From: Candidatus Thorarchaeota archaeon
Lineage (GTDB): Archaea > Asgardarchaeota > Thorarchaeia > Thorarchaeales > Thorarchaeaceae
Assembly: GCA_046482545.1 (NCBI GenBank)
Contig: JAWOEX010000035.1
Span: 32,001-96,000 of the forward strand
DNA: 64,000 nucleotides
Reading direction: 5' to 3'
Below the pieces are notes generated by a model. It was not told the DNA's origin and ran no database searches. It saw only the letters and a list, made by a program, of their open reading frames with translations. The position numbers and the translations under genes were made by a program. This document shows, one piece after another, positions 40,335 through 50,425 of the stretch (its first letter is position 1; every line of letters begins with the position of its first letter).

Positions 40335-41462
40335 ATGTCTTCCAAGGAGCTTTCAGTGAAATTCTGGCAGGGCAACAAAGCTTGTGCTGAAGGGGCTATC
40401 TCTGCAGGATGTCGTTTTTTCTCTGGATATCCGATAACTCCTGCATCTGAAATTGCAGAAATAATGTCAGAGAGGCTTCCAGAAGAGGGTGGAGTATATC
40501 TTCAGATGGAAGATGAAATAGGCGCAATATCAGCGATAATTGGCGCGTCTTGGGGCGGAAGAATGTCAATGACAGCTACTTCAGGCCCCGGATTCAGTCT
40601 GATGCAAGAAAATCTAGGATATGCAATGATGACAGAGACGCCATGCGTTCTGGTAGATGTCCAGAGAGCAGGACCAAGTACCGGACAAGCTACTAAAGCG
40701 GCCCAAGGAGATTTAATGCAATCTAGGTGGGGTACGCATGGGGATCATGAGAGTATCGTCCTAGCCCCCAATTCGGCACAGGAGATGTATGAGCTTACCA
40801 TTCGGGCATTTGAAATTGCTGAAAAGGTAAGGCACCCAGTAATTGTGTTGTCAGATGAGGTAGTTGCACATTCTAGAGAAAGGGTACAGATTGACAATAC
40901 GATAGATAGGAGAGTATCACGAAAAATAGCCAAGAAAGGCGTTCTACCTTATGGAGAAGTAGATGATACAGGTCACTCAATTATGCCGAGATTTGGAGAT
41001 GGCCATAAACTGCTCATAACGGGATCAACTCATGATAGAGAGGGATTCAGGGAAACTGCAAATCCAGAGGTTCATGATGATTTGGTTCGTCGAATAACTA
41101 TGAAAATCAAAGATAGTTCTGAATTTCTAAAGGATGTAATTATCTCCGGACCCGAGACAGCAGAGTGGGGTATAATTTCGTTTGGATGTACTTCCAGAAC
41201 GGTAGAGCAAGTAATGGCAGAGAACGGGGAACAGGTTTCAATGAAATCTTTGAGGCTTAGGACAGTTTGGCCTTTTCCTGATGATGAAATGCTCGAATTT
41301 GCGTCCACTGTAGAGCACCTATTAGTTCCTGAGCTAAACTTAGGACAATTGAGTCGGGAAGTGTCACGAGCTGTTAAGGGGGTAGTGGATGTCGTTCCTT
41401 TGCGGAAAATTGGTGGAGGACGTGTAATAGAGCCGTCTGAGATAGTGGATATAGTGTCCTGA
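40335..41462 (+). CDS. korA: 2-oxoacid:ferredoxin oxidoreductase alpha subunit
   Basis: GNKACAEGA, GYPITPASE, QMEDE, TATSGPG, PELN.GQ; start re-set to 40335 because the upstream extension is IS end sequence. Confidence 0.92.
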   Translation: MSSKELSVKFWQGNKACAEGAISAGCRFFSGYPITPASEIAEIMSERLPEEGGVYLQMEDEIGAISAIIGASWGGRMSMTATSGPGFSLMQENLGYAMMTETPCVLVDVQRAGPSTGQATKAAQGDLMQSRWGTHGDHESIVLAPNSAQEMYELTIRAFEIAEKVRHPVIVLSDEVVAHSRERVQIDNTIDRRVSRKIAKKGVLPYGEVDDTGHSIMPRFGDGHKLLITGSTHDREGFRETANPEVHDDLVRRITMKIKDSSEFLKDVIISGPETAEWGIISFGCTSRTVEQVMAENGEQVSMKSLRLRTVWPFPDDEMLEFASTVEHLLVPELNLGQLSREVSRAVKGVVDVVPLRKIGGGRVIEPSEIVDIVS

Positions 41463-43741
41463 GTGCCCGTATAGGATGGTTCGGCTGCAGATTCGATATC
41501 CAAACCAGCAATGGCAATATATGTCTCCATCCATATGAATACTTGCGTAGAAATTGTCTGATTAAGTCGATAAGGATGACTGATATTGAGTAGAAGTTGA
41601 TGGTTACCTGGAGAAATATGAAGTGGTAATCTGATTTCAACTGTAGGAGTCTGGGTCAGATTCTTGAAGATGTTAGTTGCAATGTTTACACCTTCAATTT
41701 CTGCAGATAGATACACTTCGGATATACTAGTGTTATCATAACCAGCCGCTAGCAAATCAAATGATAGATTGTCGTCATACTTAGCATGTAATCCGGAAAG
41801 ACTTGCATTCATTCTCCCCAATACAATTAGTGTGAAATATACAGGGGCTTTGAATTTGCAGCTGGTATTTAGTGAATGATAATGGATTCTATGGGGGCCT
41901 AGAGGTGTGTCGATTGGTATATTGAAACTCAGATTGGTTGCCGAATTCATATGAACTTTGACGGATAGATTACAATCAATATCATAATTTTTTAGTTCAA
42001 CATTGATAGAAGCATTTGTTGATTCGGAAGTTACGAGGAAAGTGAAGAATGAGCTTGAATTTCGTAGAGACTCTGTAGAGCTATTTTGTAGCTGAAACTC
42101 TAGTGAATGGTAGAGTTGGATTGTATGCCAGTAGATTCCTTCTTCGGAGTATTGTGCGGGGGAAGCTGCCAATTGAAAGCAGAAGTCATATGAATCCGCA
42201 GAGTAGGATGAGCCAATCATCCATCTCAGGGTAGCGTTTCCATCTAAATCAGTAGACACCGTAGTCAAAGGATTGTTTAGATGGTCTGTTACGGTAATAT
42301 CAATATTAGATAAGGGCATATTGGACGGGTCTAGAACTGTCGTATTCATTACTATCTCGCTGTCCAAAAATGCTTGTGATGTATTATCTGTTCTAATGGA
42401 GGGAAGGAAGTAGGTGCTGAATCGATAGGAAAATGTATCATGCGCATAGTATATTGATTCATTAGAAGTGATACAAAGCGAGCTTGATCCCCACAGGGTT
42501 TTGGAAATTGAGAAATTATAGCGCAGAATTCCAAATTCATTTGTATGCAAGAGGGGTGTAGACATCGAATGGTTGTTGATTTTGAATTCTAAGAAAAGGG
42601 CATGGTTGCCAATGTTTTCATTGGCTACTGTATCCCGAATAGATAGGACGAAATCAGCACTCTTTCCTGCGATGGGTGTCTCTTCTAGTGAGACGTTGAA
42701 GTCTATAGGCCTACGTTCAGCTGTTATCATAAGTGTAGTATTTACGGGCTTGTACCGAAGGTTTGTGGCAGAGATATTAACCACATAGTTGCCAGGAGGT
42801 GCTTCGAATGGAATGGAGCAATTGTACATTCCATTTTGAAGTGCATTCATTGTTCCATTTGAAAAGGCAGTCCTCCATGTGAGTAGACTATCATTAATTG
42901 CATCGTTTCTTCCGTTTGTATGCTTAACGACTATGTCAGCAGAATCAGAATGCATTTTATCCGAAGACTGACAATAAACTGATGGGTCTGCTGATATTGT
43001 GGTAAGTGAGGAATTAGCAGGCAAAATAGTTACAGTGAACCAATCAGAAAAAGGTTCGAAGGAATCAGTGCCGTTGCTTTCCAGTGACAGGTTGTAATTT
43101 CCTGTTGGAAGAAAGGTATTATTGAGATTGAAATCAATTTGACCGGTACCATTTATGCAAGGAATCCAGTTGCTAACACATTGATTACCAGAGTCATGTA
43201 GTTTCGCCGAGACTGGTAGACCTTCCTGAAATATGTCTTGGTTATATCTAGAACCCAATCTGAATACAAATGTATGATTTAATCCATACTCAAATTCGAG
43301 AGGGGTGATTGGCGTGGCCAATAGCCGCCCTCGAGTAATATTGACTTGAATAGTCTCGCTTTCTCCATGGGTATATTTGTCATACATTTCGACATTGAAC
43401 ATGGCATGTCCACTGCTACCATTCACACCCGGGGAAATGGTGTCGGGAGTCAATAGACAAGATGATTGGAGTATTCTAGGTTCAGGAGAGGGAGGAATAA
43501 AATATGCGTCTTGATAAATCAATTCTGAAATCGTAGATACCGAAAATGAAACATGACACCATCCATCGCTTCCGAAATCTGCAGTAAGCTTGGCTGCCAT
43601 TTCAATTGTCTCTCCCACTTCGTAATCCAACTGGTCTGTCTGGAAGTAGTCCATTTGAAAATAGAAGGCTGATACAGGCATGATAAAAGCTAGAAGCAGG
43701 AGTGAAGAAACTTGAAGGGATAATACTATCTTGGATTGCAT
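41072..43741 (-). CDS. Secreted beta-rich (Ig-like repeat) surface glycoprotein
   Basis: Signal peptide (..PVSA|F), many NxS/T sequons, T(D/N)xxG repeats; the last ~130 codons overlap korA antisense. Confidence 0.7.
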   Translation of the reverse strand: MQSKIVLSLQVSSLLLLAFIMPVSAFYFQMDYFQTDQLDYEVGETIEMAAKLTADFGSDGWCHVSFSVSTISELIYQDAYFIPPSPEPRILQSSCLLTPDTISPGVNGSSGHAMFNVEMYDKYTHGESETIQVNITRGRLLATPITPLEFEYGLNHTFVFRLGSRYNQDIFQEGLPVSAKLHDSGNQCVSNWIPCINGTGQIDFNLNNTFLPTGNYNLSLESNGTDSFEPFSDWFTVTILPANSSLTTISADPSVYCQSSDKMHSDSADIVVKHTNGRNDAINDSLLTWRTAFSNGTMNALQNGMYNCSIPFEAPPGNYVVNISATNLRYKPVNTTLMITAERRPIDFNVSLEETPIAGKSADFVLSIRDTVANENIGNHALFLEFKINNHSMSTPLLHTNEFGILRYNFSISKTLWGSSSLCITSNESIYYAHDTFSYRFSTYFLPSIRTDNTSQAFLDSEIVMNTTVLDPSNMPLSNIDITVTDHLNNPLTTVSTDLDGNATLRWMIGSSYSADSYDFCFQLAASPAQYSEEGIYWHTIQLYHSLEFQLQNSSTESLRNSSSFFTFLVTSESTNASINVELKNYDIDCNLSVKVHMNSATNLSFNIPIDTPLGPHRIHYHSLNTSCKFKAPVYFTLIVLGRMNASLSGLHAKYDDNLSFDLLAAGYDNTSISEVYLSAEIEGVNIATNIFKNLTQTPTVEIRLPLHISPGNHQLLLNISHPYRLNQTISTQVFIWMETYIAIAGLDIESAAEPSYTGTQDTISTISDGSITRPPPIFRKGTTSTTPLTARDTSRLNCPKFSSGTNRCSTVDANSSISSSGKGQTVLSLKDFIETCSPFSAITCSTVLEVHPNEIIPHSAVSGPEIITSFRNSELSLIFIVIRRTKSS

Positions 43742-43856
43742 TATGTCACCTGTACTTGGTTTGTGTGCTCTCTAAAAAAGGCCACAAGCTGCTAACGACA
43801 AGTTTAATTCAGACCTCTAGGAGGAGTATTTGTCTCGATAATGGAGAGCTCTAGAA

Positions 43857-44222
43857 ATGGTTGTCAAACTTGAAAATGCCGTTATTGAATCGATGGAGGA
43901 AACTGAAACAAAGAATCTAAGGCTCTTAGAGATAACCTCAGAGGGCGGGAATGCAAGGTTGAGTCTTGAATTGCCAGAAGTGCTTTGTGAGACACTTGAC
44001 CAAGAGAAACCGATAGATGTACATATATCACCTAGAGAAACGAAAAAAGGAAGCCGGTCAAATATCTATGCCAAAGGCACGATTTTTAAGCTAGAAGACG
44101 AAGAAGAATTGAGAGTGGTAGGTTCCATTGGGGGTTTGAGACTGGTGGTTAGCATTGAGGATGCATCTTCAACTGAGAAGAGATCGTTTGAATCAGGAGA
44201 ATTTTACATAGCGATTTCATGA
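43857..44222 (+). CDS. rpo8: RNA polymerase subunit Rpo8 (RpoG/RPB8-like OB fold)
   Basis: 121 aa, YAKGTIFK...GSIGGLRL pattern of RPB8. Confidence 0.7.
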   Translation: MVVKLENAVIESMEETETKNLRLLEITSEGGNARLSLELPEVLCETLDQEKPIDVHISPRETKKGSRSNIYAKGTIFKLEDEEELRVVGSIGGLRLVVSIEDASSTEKRSFESGEFYIAIS

Positions 44223-44501
44223 TAATGCAGATGGAAAACAACAAGTAGCAAATATTCAGAGTAATTTACATTTTTCTGGTTCTTCATTTGAGTCCCTTCA
44301 ATTTGAAAGCAATTGCTAAGAATAGAGAAGCCGTCTGTGAGGGAAATACTTTCGGGTTACCCTCTTTCCCAGTAGGCCGTCTTTGACTGGTCTTTAACAA
44401 GTAGGTATATGCCTGAACGTATAATTCATCACATTATCCATACATAGAAGTTGTGAAAGCAAAAAGGGAATACAGTCAACTGGAACTAATCGGGAATTAT
44501 A

Positions 44502-45527
44502 TTGACAGACAAATCAGATAGTTCATATCAAGAACTTCTTGGCACTTGTCCTGATTGCTCTGGCACTCTCGGAACAAGTGAGGGTTACATCGTCTGTCTG
44601 AACTGTGGATTGGTAGTATCGAGGAAATACGTGAGTCCTTCCTATCAGATGGGACAACAGAAGTCCGATGACAGTCCTGATGCAGCAATGTATGTATCTC
44701 TAGGAAATAGAATGCATATAGTGGATGGGCTGGGAAGCTATATCGGCTTTCATAGAAACAAGTATTTCCGTGACTCAAAAGGAAGTGCTTTGCCAGGAAA
44801 GCTCCAGAAAAAATTCCACCGATTGAAGAGTGTGTATAGTACTAGAATCAGAATAGGTGACGATGAAGCCAAGTATCGAGCATTGAGAACACTGAATCGG
44901 GTTTCAAAGCTACTGATGATAAATGAACAGGTGCGAAATCGAACTGCTTACTTGTATAAGAAACTGATTACTGAAGCAAAGAACAAAATGACTAACAACA
45001 TCATTTTGATGGCAGTCTGCCTTCTTATGGCCGTTAGAGAATTCAAAGAGTGCGCCCCCATAACACTTGAGGAAATAGCAGAGACTTTTGAGAAATGTGG
45101 ACATAGAGTGAGTGTTCGAACCATAGTCAGAGAAGCAATTGACCTTCGCTCAGCGACAGGTTATGCTCCAAGGATTCGAAAACCCAGAGAATATGTACCG
45201 AGAATCCTTTCCATGTTAATGAATGACTCAGAGGTAATTTGGAGGCTCCAATCAAGAGGGTGGGAATTAAAGGAATATAAGAACAAATTGAGCAAAATTC
45301 TAATGAAAATTCTGAGAGGTTTTCCGTCTTCACGAAGAGGGGGTAGAGATCCGTTTATTTTTGCCGTTTCTGCAGCCTATGCAGCGGACAGAATCATAGC
45401 TATCAAAGTAGGAAAACAGGCAGTATTGACACAGAAACTCACTTCTAAAGCAACCGATGTGGCAGAGTATAGTATTCGGGATCATTTTGGAGTGATTAAA
45501 AAGTGTATCAGGATTACCAGCAAGTGA
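44502..45527 (+). CDS. Divergent TFB/TFIIB-family protein
   Basis: Zn ribbon CPDC..CLNCGLV, two cyclin-like repeats (ITLEEIA; GRDP..FAVSAAY..TQK...DVAEYSIR). Confidence 0.8.
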   Translation: MTDKSDSSYQELLGTCPDCSGTLGTSEGYIVCLNCGLVVSRKYVSPSYQMGQQKSDDSPDAAMYVSLGNRMHIVDGLGSYIGFHRNKYFRDSKGSALPGKLQKKFHRLKSVYSTRIRIGDDEAKYRALRTLNRVSKLLMINEQVRNRTAYLYKKLITEAKNKMTNNIILMAVCLLMAVREFKECAPITLEEIAETFEKCGHRVSVRTIVREAIDLRSATGYAPRIRKPREYVPRILSMLMNDSEVIWRLQSRGWELKEYKNKLSKILMKILRGFPSSRRGGRDPFIFAVSAAYAADRIIAIKVGKQAVLTQKLTSKATDVAEYSIRDHFGVIKKCIRITSK

Positions 45528-45676
45528 ACGTATCGTTCGGCGATTATACCCCACTAGGGGAACTGTCCCAAACGGACATGTGGGCCTTAAATCTGTTACC
45601 AAAAATCGATAATGGAAACTATGATTGACTCTCATATCCGAGAACCCAATTGGTTCATATCTTGATGTGAAAAGGA

Positions 45677-47347
45677 ATGGGCATTGAATCATACAACAAG
45701 AAAAGAATAGGAAGAAGTAGGTATGATGTAGTATTCCTAGAATGCCCTGAGGCTCGTTGTGTTGACTGTGAGAAGTACACAAGAGATAAGTGTGAAATTC
45801 TTACCCAGTGGCAAGAACAGACAGAACGTGACTCCCAATTAGTGATAATGGAAACGAGAAGGGGCTATATCCATCTTGCTCCGTCAGATAGGAAGCATGC
45901 GGCGAAGCCGCCATGGTTCACAGAAGGGTGGGGCTCGGTATATTTGGGGGATGGATTAAGACTATCTTCATCAGACATTGTGGAGATATATCGAGTAGGG
46001 CCTTATCTCGTATATTTCTCTGTGAATAATCATAACAAGATGCCGGTCCATCATGCAATACCTATGCTAAGAACACCTCTTGAGCATTCATTGTTTGAGG
46101 AGGTTTGTATGCGATTTCCATCCATGGAGAGAAAGTTCTCCTTCAAGCGAGAAGGATTAAATGAACGCCTAAGTAACAAAAAGGATGTCATCCTCGAAGA
46201 TCTTTCCGAAATCATTCCCGAGATGAATGAAGACACAAAAACTCGAATGTCCAAAATTGTTGCTCATCGCAAATCCGTTTTAGCACCTCTGTTTCCCTTG
46301 TTGTTTGATGAGGAAATTGAAGAAATCTATCTGAGCAGACCAGGCTCTCACATATACTTTGACCATCGTCGATTAGGGCGGTGTGAGACGAAGGTTACTT
46401 TTGACAAAAATGATGTGAGTCGGTTCATGACGTTAGTGCGTGCTGAGAGCAACTTCCATCTTGATTATGATAATCCATCGTTGAAGACTGAAATGGAGTT
46501 CGCAGATGTTCTTCTTAGGATATCAGCTACTATTCCCCCATTAAGTCCTGATGGGCTTTCGCTGGAAATCAGGCGAGCACGTTCAAAGCCCTTTACTATT
46601 GTGGATCTTTTGAAGAATGGAACACTGACCATGGAAATCGCCGCATTGTTGGTATCTGCTGCAAATGCTAGAACAAACATAACAATTACTGGAGAACCAG
46701 GAAGTGGAAAGACCACACTGTTGAACGCCCTTGATATGATGACACCTTCCCGATGGCGGAAACTCTACATAGAAGATGCTATTGAAAGTCGACTCTGGAG
46801 TGGCCACAAGCAGACAAGAATTAGGGTTCCTCCCTATGACGAAGGAGAGAGAAAATTGAGTAAGACAAATGAAATTGTGAAATGCCTTCATCGTTCTCCA
46901 GACTACGTGATTCTTGGAGAAATTCAAACAGCTGAACATAGCGCTGCTCTATTCCAAGCTATTGCAGCTGGGCTTCGAACAATGCAGACCTGCCACAGCC
47001 GAAATTCATCATGTTTGATATCCCGCTGGAGAGATTCCCATGGTATTAGTGAACATGAGATTGCACTTATGGATTTGATAATTACAATGAAACAAAGGGA
47101 ACCGGGAATTTCATATCGATATGTTGCAGAAGTTGCAAGAGTTCATCGTAGAAGGGAAAAGGGTTTGATACTCTTTGACGGTTTGAATATTATCTATGAA
47201 AAAGACGGTGAATCCGATTGCAGGAATATACTCAATTCCAATGAGAGGGAGCGTACTGTTACAGCTACTGCTTCAATGGAAGATGAGCTCGAAGTATTGG
47301 TAGATGGTTATCTTCGTAACTGGCCAAGGACGCTCCAAGAACTATAA
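45677..47347 (+). CDS. Type II/IV secretion (VirB11/TadA/ArlI-like) assembly ATPase
   Basis: RISATIPP, Walker A GEPGSGKT, Asp box IEDAIE, SPDYVILGEI, TCH. Confidence 0.85.
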   Translation: MGIESYNKKRIGRSRYDVVFLECPEARCVDCEKYTRDKCEILTQWQEQTERDSQLVIMETRRGYIHLAPSDRKHAAKPPWFTEGWGSVYLGDGLRLSSSDIVEIYRVGPYLVYFSVNNHNKMPVHHAIPMLRTPLEHSLFEEVCMRFPSMERKFSFKREGLNERLSNKKDVILEDLSEIIPEMNEDTKTRMSKIVAHRKSVLAPLFPLLFDEEIEEIYLSRPGSHIYFDHRRLGRCETKVTFDKNDVSRFMTLVRAESNFHLDYDNPSLKTEMEFADVLLRISATIPPLSPDGLSLEIRRARSKPFTIVDLLKNGTLTMEIAALLVSAANARTNITITGEPGSGKTTLLNALDMMTPSRWRKLYIEDAIESRLWSGHKQTRIRVPPYDEGERKLSKTNEIVKCLHRSPDYVILGEIQTAEHSAALFQAIAAGLRTMQTCHSRNSSCLISRWRDSHGISEHEIALMDLIITMKQREPGISYRYVAEVARVHRRREKGLILFDGLNIIYEKDGESDCRNILNSNERERTVTATASMEDELEVLVDGYLRNWPRTLQEL

Positions 47348-47474
47348 GTTGTAAGGAACTCTGTCTAAGGGGGATTATCAGCATGGGGGTATTCTGGGAT
47401 ATTGGGACAGTAATCGTCTTTTCTCAGTTGGGTTAAAATAGCAAATCGATAATCTTCTATCGAGGATATTGATA

Positions 47475-47681
47475 ATGACACAGAATAGCAACCCTCTGAA
47501 AGATAGTAGAGGCGGTCCACTTGTTGAAGAAAGTCTTTTGTTGGGAATAGCGGTAGTTACAGTCTCTATTGTAATTGCTGTTGTGCTTCAAGCTACTGGG
47601 TGGGCGCAGGATGTCATTTCAGAGCTTCTTGGTTTATTAGAAGACAGCTGGAGCAATCTTTCAGAGTTACTGAATCCTTGA
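47475..47681 (+). CDS. Small Flp/type IV pilin-like protein
   Basis: KDSRG|GPLVEESLLLGIAVVTVSIVIAVV: basic-Gly cleavage site, Glu at +5, hydrophobic helix. Confidence 0.65.
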   Translation: MTQNSNPLKDSRGGPLVEESLLLGIAVVTVSIVIAVVLQATGWAQDVISELLGLLEDSWSNLSELLNP

Positions 47682-47940
47682 CAACGGAAAGATGGTATGG
47701 CAGTAATCAAGCATATCCTTTGCTTTAATCCTGTTATTCTTTGTTTGACTTCAAATCTATTTTCCAGTTAGCTGTAAACTAGACTTGAGCTATTCATTAC
47801 GATAATGATGTTGCACAGATATCCTAGCTCAGCTCACCCAATATGCTGCTCTTGAGAGAGATCTTGAAAAGGAAGTCCCCTTGAGAAAGGCTTATTTGAG
47901 TTGTGAATGGTGCTGACCCGCTCCAAGCTGGTGCAAAGAG

Positions 47941-48050
47941 GCTCCGGTAGAAGTCGAAGGTGTTTACCTTGTGACTATCGAATGTAGTCCGGCCCAGCAT
48001 GGGGGACTCTCGATCCCCCGACCCGGGTTCAAGTCCCGGCCGGAGCACCA
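47941..48050 (+). tRNA. tRNA-Glu(CTC), CCA encoded, with 32-nt BHB intron at 10/11 (intron 47951-47982)
   Basis: Acceptor GCTCCGG/CCGGAGC, anticodon arm GGGGA-CTCTCGA-TCCCC; central helix CGGT/ATCG with AGA and AAT bulges. Confidence 0.93.
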
Positions 48051-48057
48051 ATTATTT

Positions 48058-50154
48058 CTATCCAATGAGATACTTTCTCCTGAGAGGAGGCAATAACACT
48101 AGTGAGAATGAGGAAACTATAGACAAAGCAAGGGGAAGCAAACCAACGCCACTCGAATTAGTAATGTCAAGAGAAGTTACCTCAATTTGGAGGATGCCAT
48201 AATAAGCTTGGATTCCTGAAGTAGAAGCTATATGGTATTGCAAGGTGTATGTACCAGGGAGAGTAGGGATGCGTAGTGAGAGTTCCAATATGCCACCAGA
48301 AATGGTTTGTGTGCTATGATTCTGACCTAGCCAGTTATAACTGGCCTGTAGTCCTTCAATTGTAGTTCCATTAAGAGCAACTAGCAATATGTTAACGGAA
48401 ATATGTTTTTCCAAAGGCTTTGTCTTAAATGTGACAGATTTGGGAACAATCGGTATAGTGTAGGAAGTATTAATGACAAATCTTCGTGTCCTTTGAAAGA
48501 CAAAGGCGGACTTATTTCCTTGATAGTATAGCGCCACGGAATGCTGACCTTCGCATTTCGGAATCTGAATGCTGACAGAAACCTCACCTCGCTTATTGCT
48601 ACGAGAAGCACCGTATTCTTTATCATTCACTAGTATCTGGATGTTTTTGTGGATGATTGGACCATAGAAATCAGTCAATGAGACGACAAACGACACGGTC
48701 TGACCGGGAATTGCGTAACCCATTGTACTACAATACAAGAAATCGAATTCAGGCTGAGACCAAACACATATCTGAAGAGGGCAGGTACGATTCTCCAAAT
48801 AGGGTGTATTACTAACGATAAGCAAGAGGTTTCTATATCCTAGTGGCTTTGTCGGAACTATAATGAAGAAATATTTTCCATTTTCTCCTGAGACTCCGGT
48901 GGAGTTTTCTCTTGAAATTGGATCGGTTATGAATACATTTTCAGCCTTAGCTGAACGATTCAGAAGATCGTAGATTGTTACGGTTAGTGTATTGGGTCTA
49001 TTAATGGTTAAGGAATTGTTTTCAGTAACTCTGATAAAACAGGGACTAGATATTATGATTTGTCTGGATAGGTTGGATGCATCATAACGTTCACTTCCAG
49101 AGTAGCGAATATTCATTGTATGTGGACCTAGCGCAAATGATTCGTTGAAGTGGATATGTAAGAGAACTGTTCCGGAATTGTTGGTCGATAATGTCTCATG
49201 GAGTTCATTATCAAAATCGACTTCAATAATTGCATTTCTTAGCAGTTCGTCTCCTGATGAAAGAGTGACAGATACATCTAGAGATGCATTTAGTGTACTA
49301 TGGATTGTTTCATCTTCAGAGATATCAATCTGAGTTGGCTTCTTTTCTAGTATGAACTCAACAGACGTTTGACTAGATTGGAAATACTGTGTAGAGTTTC
49401 CATCAAAGACTATGTCGAGTTGATTATAACCAAGCTCTGCCCAAGATTGATTACATGACAAAATAAATTGGAATAGGCCATTATTGTCAGTTAAACCTGA
49501 TTCAACTACTTCTCCGCTGCTCACGAGTTTGATTTGTTGAGAACTCAGGGGATATCCTGTGTCATCTATTAGACTCACAGACATATTGAACATATCATGA
49601 GGGTGTAACCGAGTATCGTGAATATTTGTTGTGATATTAGTAGATGATAGCACAGTCATGATTATCCATTGTGCTGAAGGTGATAGTCCTAAGGATTCAT
49701 TGCCTCGAAAAGTTATGTTTAGGGTAGTCTCTCCAATGGGATGGATAAAGGGGATTTGCCATTCAATGGATGCAAAACCTGTCTCGTCTGTCTTTGAGGA
49801 GCCGATGTAATAATCATATGTTTCATCAAAGAACTCAACATTTTGATTGGGAACAGGATCGCCATAGGTCCCATTTTGAAGAAGGTAGCATTCTATGGTA
49901 ATCGTCTCCCCCCGAGCGAAGGCTGGGTTTTCATTTCCCGAGACTAGGTCCGAGTTATGTGAAATCAAGATACAAAGGGATATGACCATTATAAGAACAA
50001 TAATTCGCTCTAACAAATCTAGATTTATGCTGGGCTTGCAAGGTTTGTTTTCAAACATATTCACTTTTCGACCCAGATTATGGTTTGTAGATGGTCTATT
50101 AACCTCGTATAATGTAACCTGACTCCATTGGCAGCTACTTGTGAATATGTACAA
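48058..50154 (-). CDS. Membrane-anchored Ig-like repeat surface protein
   Basis: N-terminal hydrophobic segment, repeated TDxxG...F/Y.G...Y units, C-terminal TM + RRK; true start probably downstream (~50058). Confidence 0.72.
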   Translation of the reverse strand: MYIFTSSCQWSQVTLYEVNRPSTNHNLGRKVNMFENKPCKPSINLDLLERIIVLIMVISLCILISHNSDLVSGNENPAFARGETITIECYLLQNGTYGDPVPNQNVEFFDETYDYYIGSSKTDETGFASIEWQIPFIHPIGETTLNITFRGNESLGLSPSAQWIIMTVLSSTNITTNIHDTRLHPHDMFNMSVSLIDDTGYPLSSQQIKLVSSGEVVESGLTDNNGLFQFILSCNQSWAELGYNQLDIVFDGNSTQYFQSSQTSVEFILEKKPTQIDISEDETIHSTLNASLDVSVTLSSGDELLRNAIIEVDFDNELHETLSTNNSGTVLLHIHFNESFALGPHTMNIRYSGSERYDASNLSRQIIISSPCFIRVTENNSLTINRPNTLTVTIYDLLNRSAKAENVFITDPISRENSTGVSGENGKYFFIIVPTKPLGYRNLLLIVSNTPYLENRTCPLQICVWSQPEFDFLYCSTMGYAIPGQTVSFVVSLTDFYGPIIHKNIQILVNDKEYGASRSNKRGEVSVSIQIPKCEGQHSVALYYQGNKSAFVFQRTRRFVINTSYTIPIVPKSVTFKTKPLEKHISVNILLVALNGTTIEGLQASYNWLGQNHSTQTISGGILELSLRIPTLPGTYTLQYHIASTSGIQAYYGILQIEVTSLDITNSSGVGLLPLALSIVSSFSLVLLPPLRRKYLIG

Positions 50155-50425
50155 ATACTGGACTTGGGGACAGCAGTGAAATCATCTCTGAAGAAAATGA
50201 TGGTTTAATCTCGTGAAAGAAGGGTATTACCTCAAAGTATGATTGATTCTTGTCATCTTCTAAAGGGAACTGGCGGGCAGTACGGTTCTTTCTCAAAATC
50301 ATTTGGTGACTTCATATTATGTAGTACTGCACATCCATACGGTTCGTTGATGGACATAGCTTGTAAACAACGGAGAGAAAAGGAAATGCAGATGGTTCTG
50401 AAAGCCTTGTGGGGTATCTTAAGAT

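Noticed and set aside
43834-47808. CGATAAT recurring upstream of rpo8, the ATPase, the pilin and tRNA-Glu
   Set aside because: A 7-mer in AT-rich DNA at inconsistent distances from starts; cannot be separated from chance without statistics.
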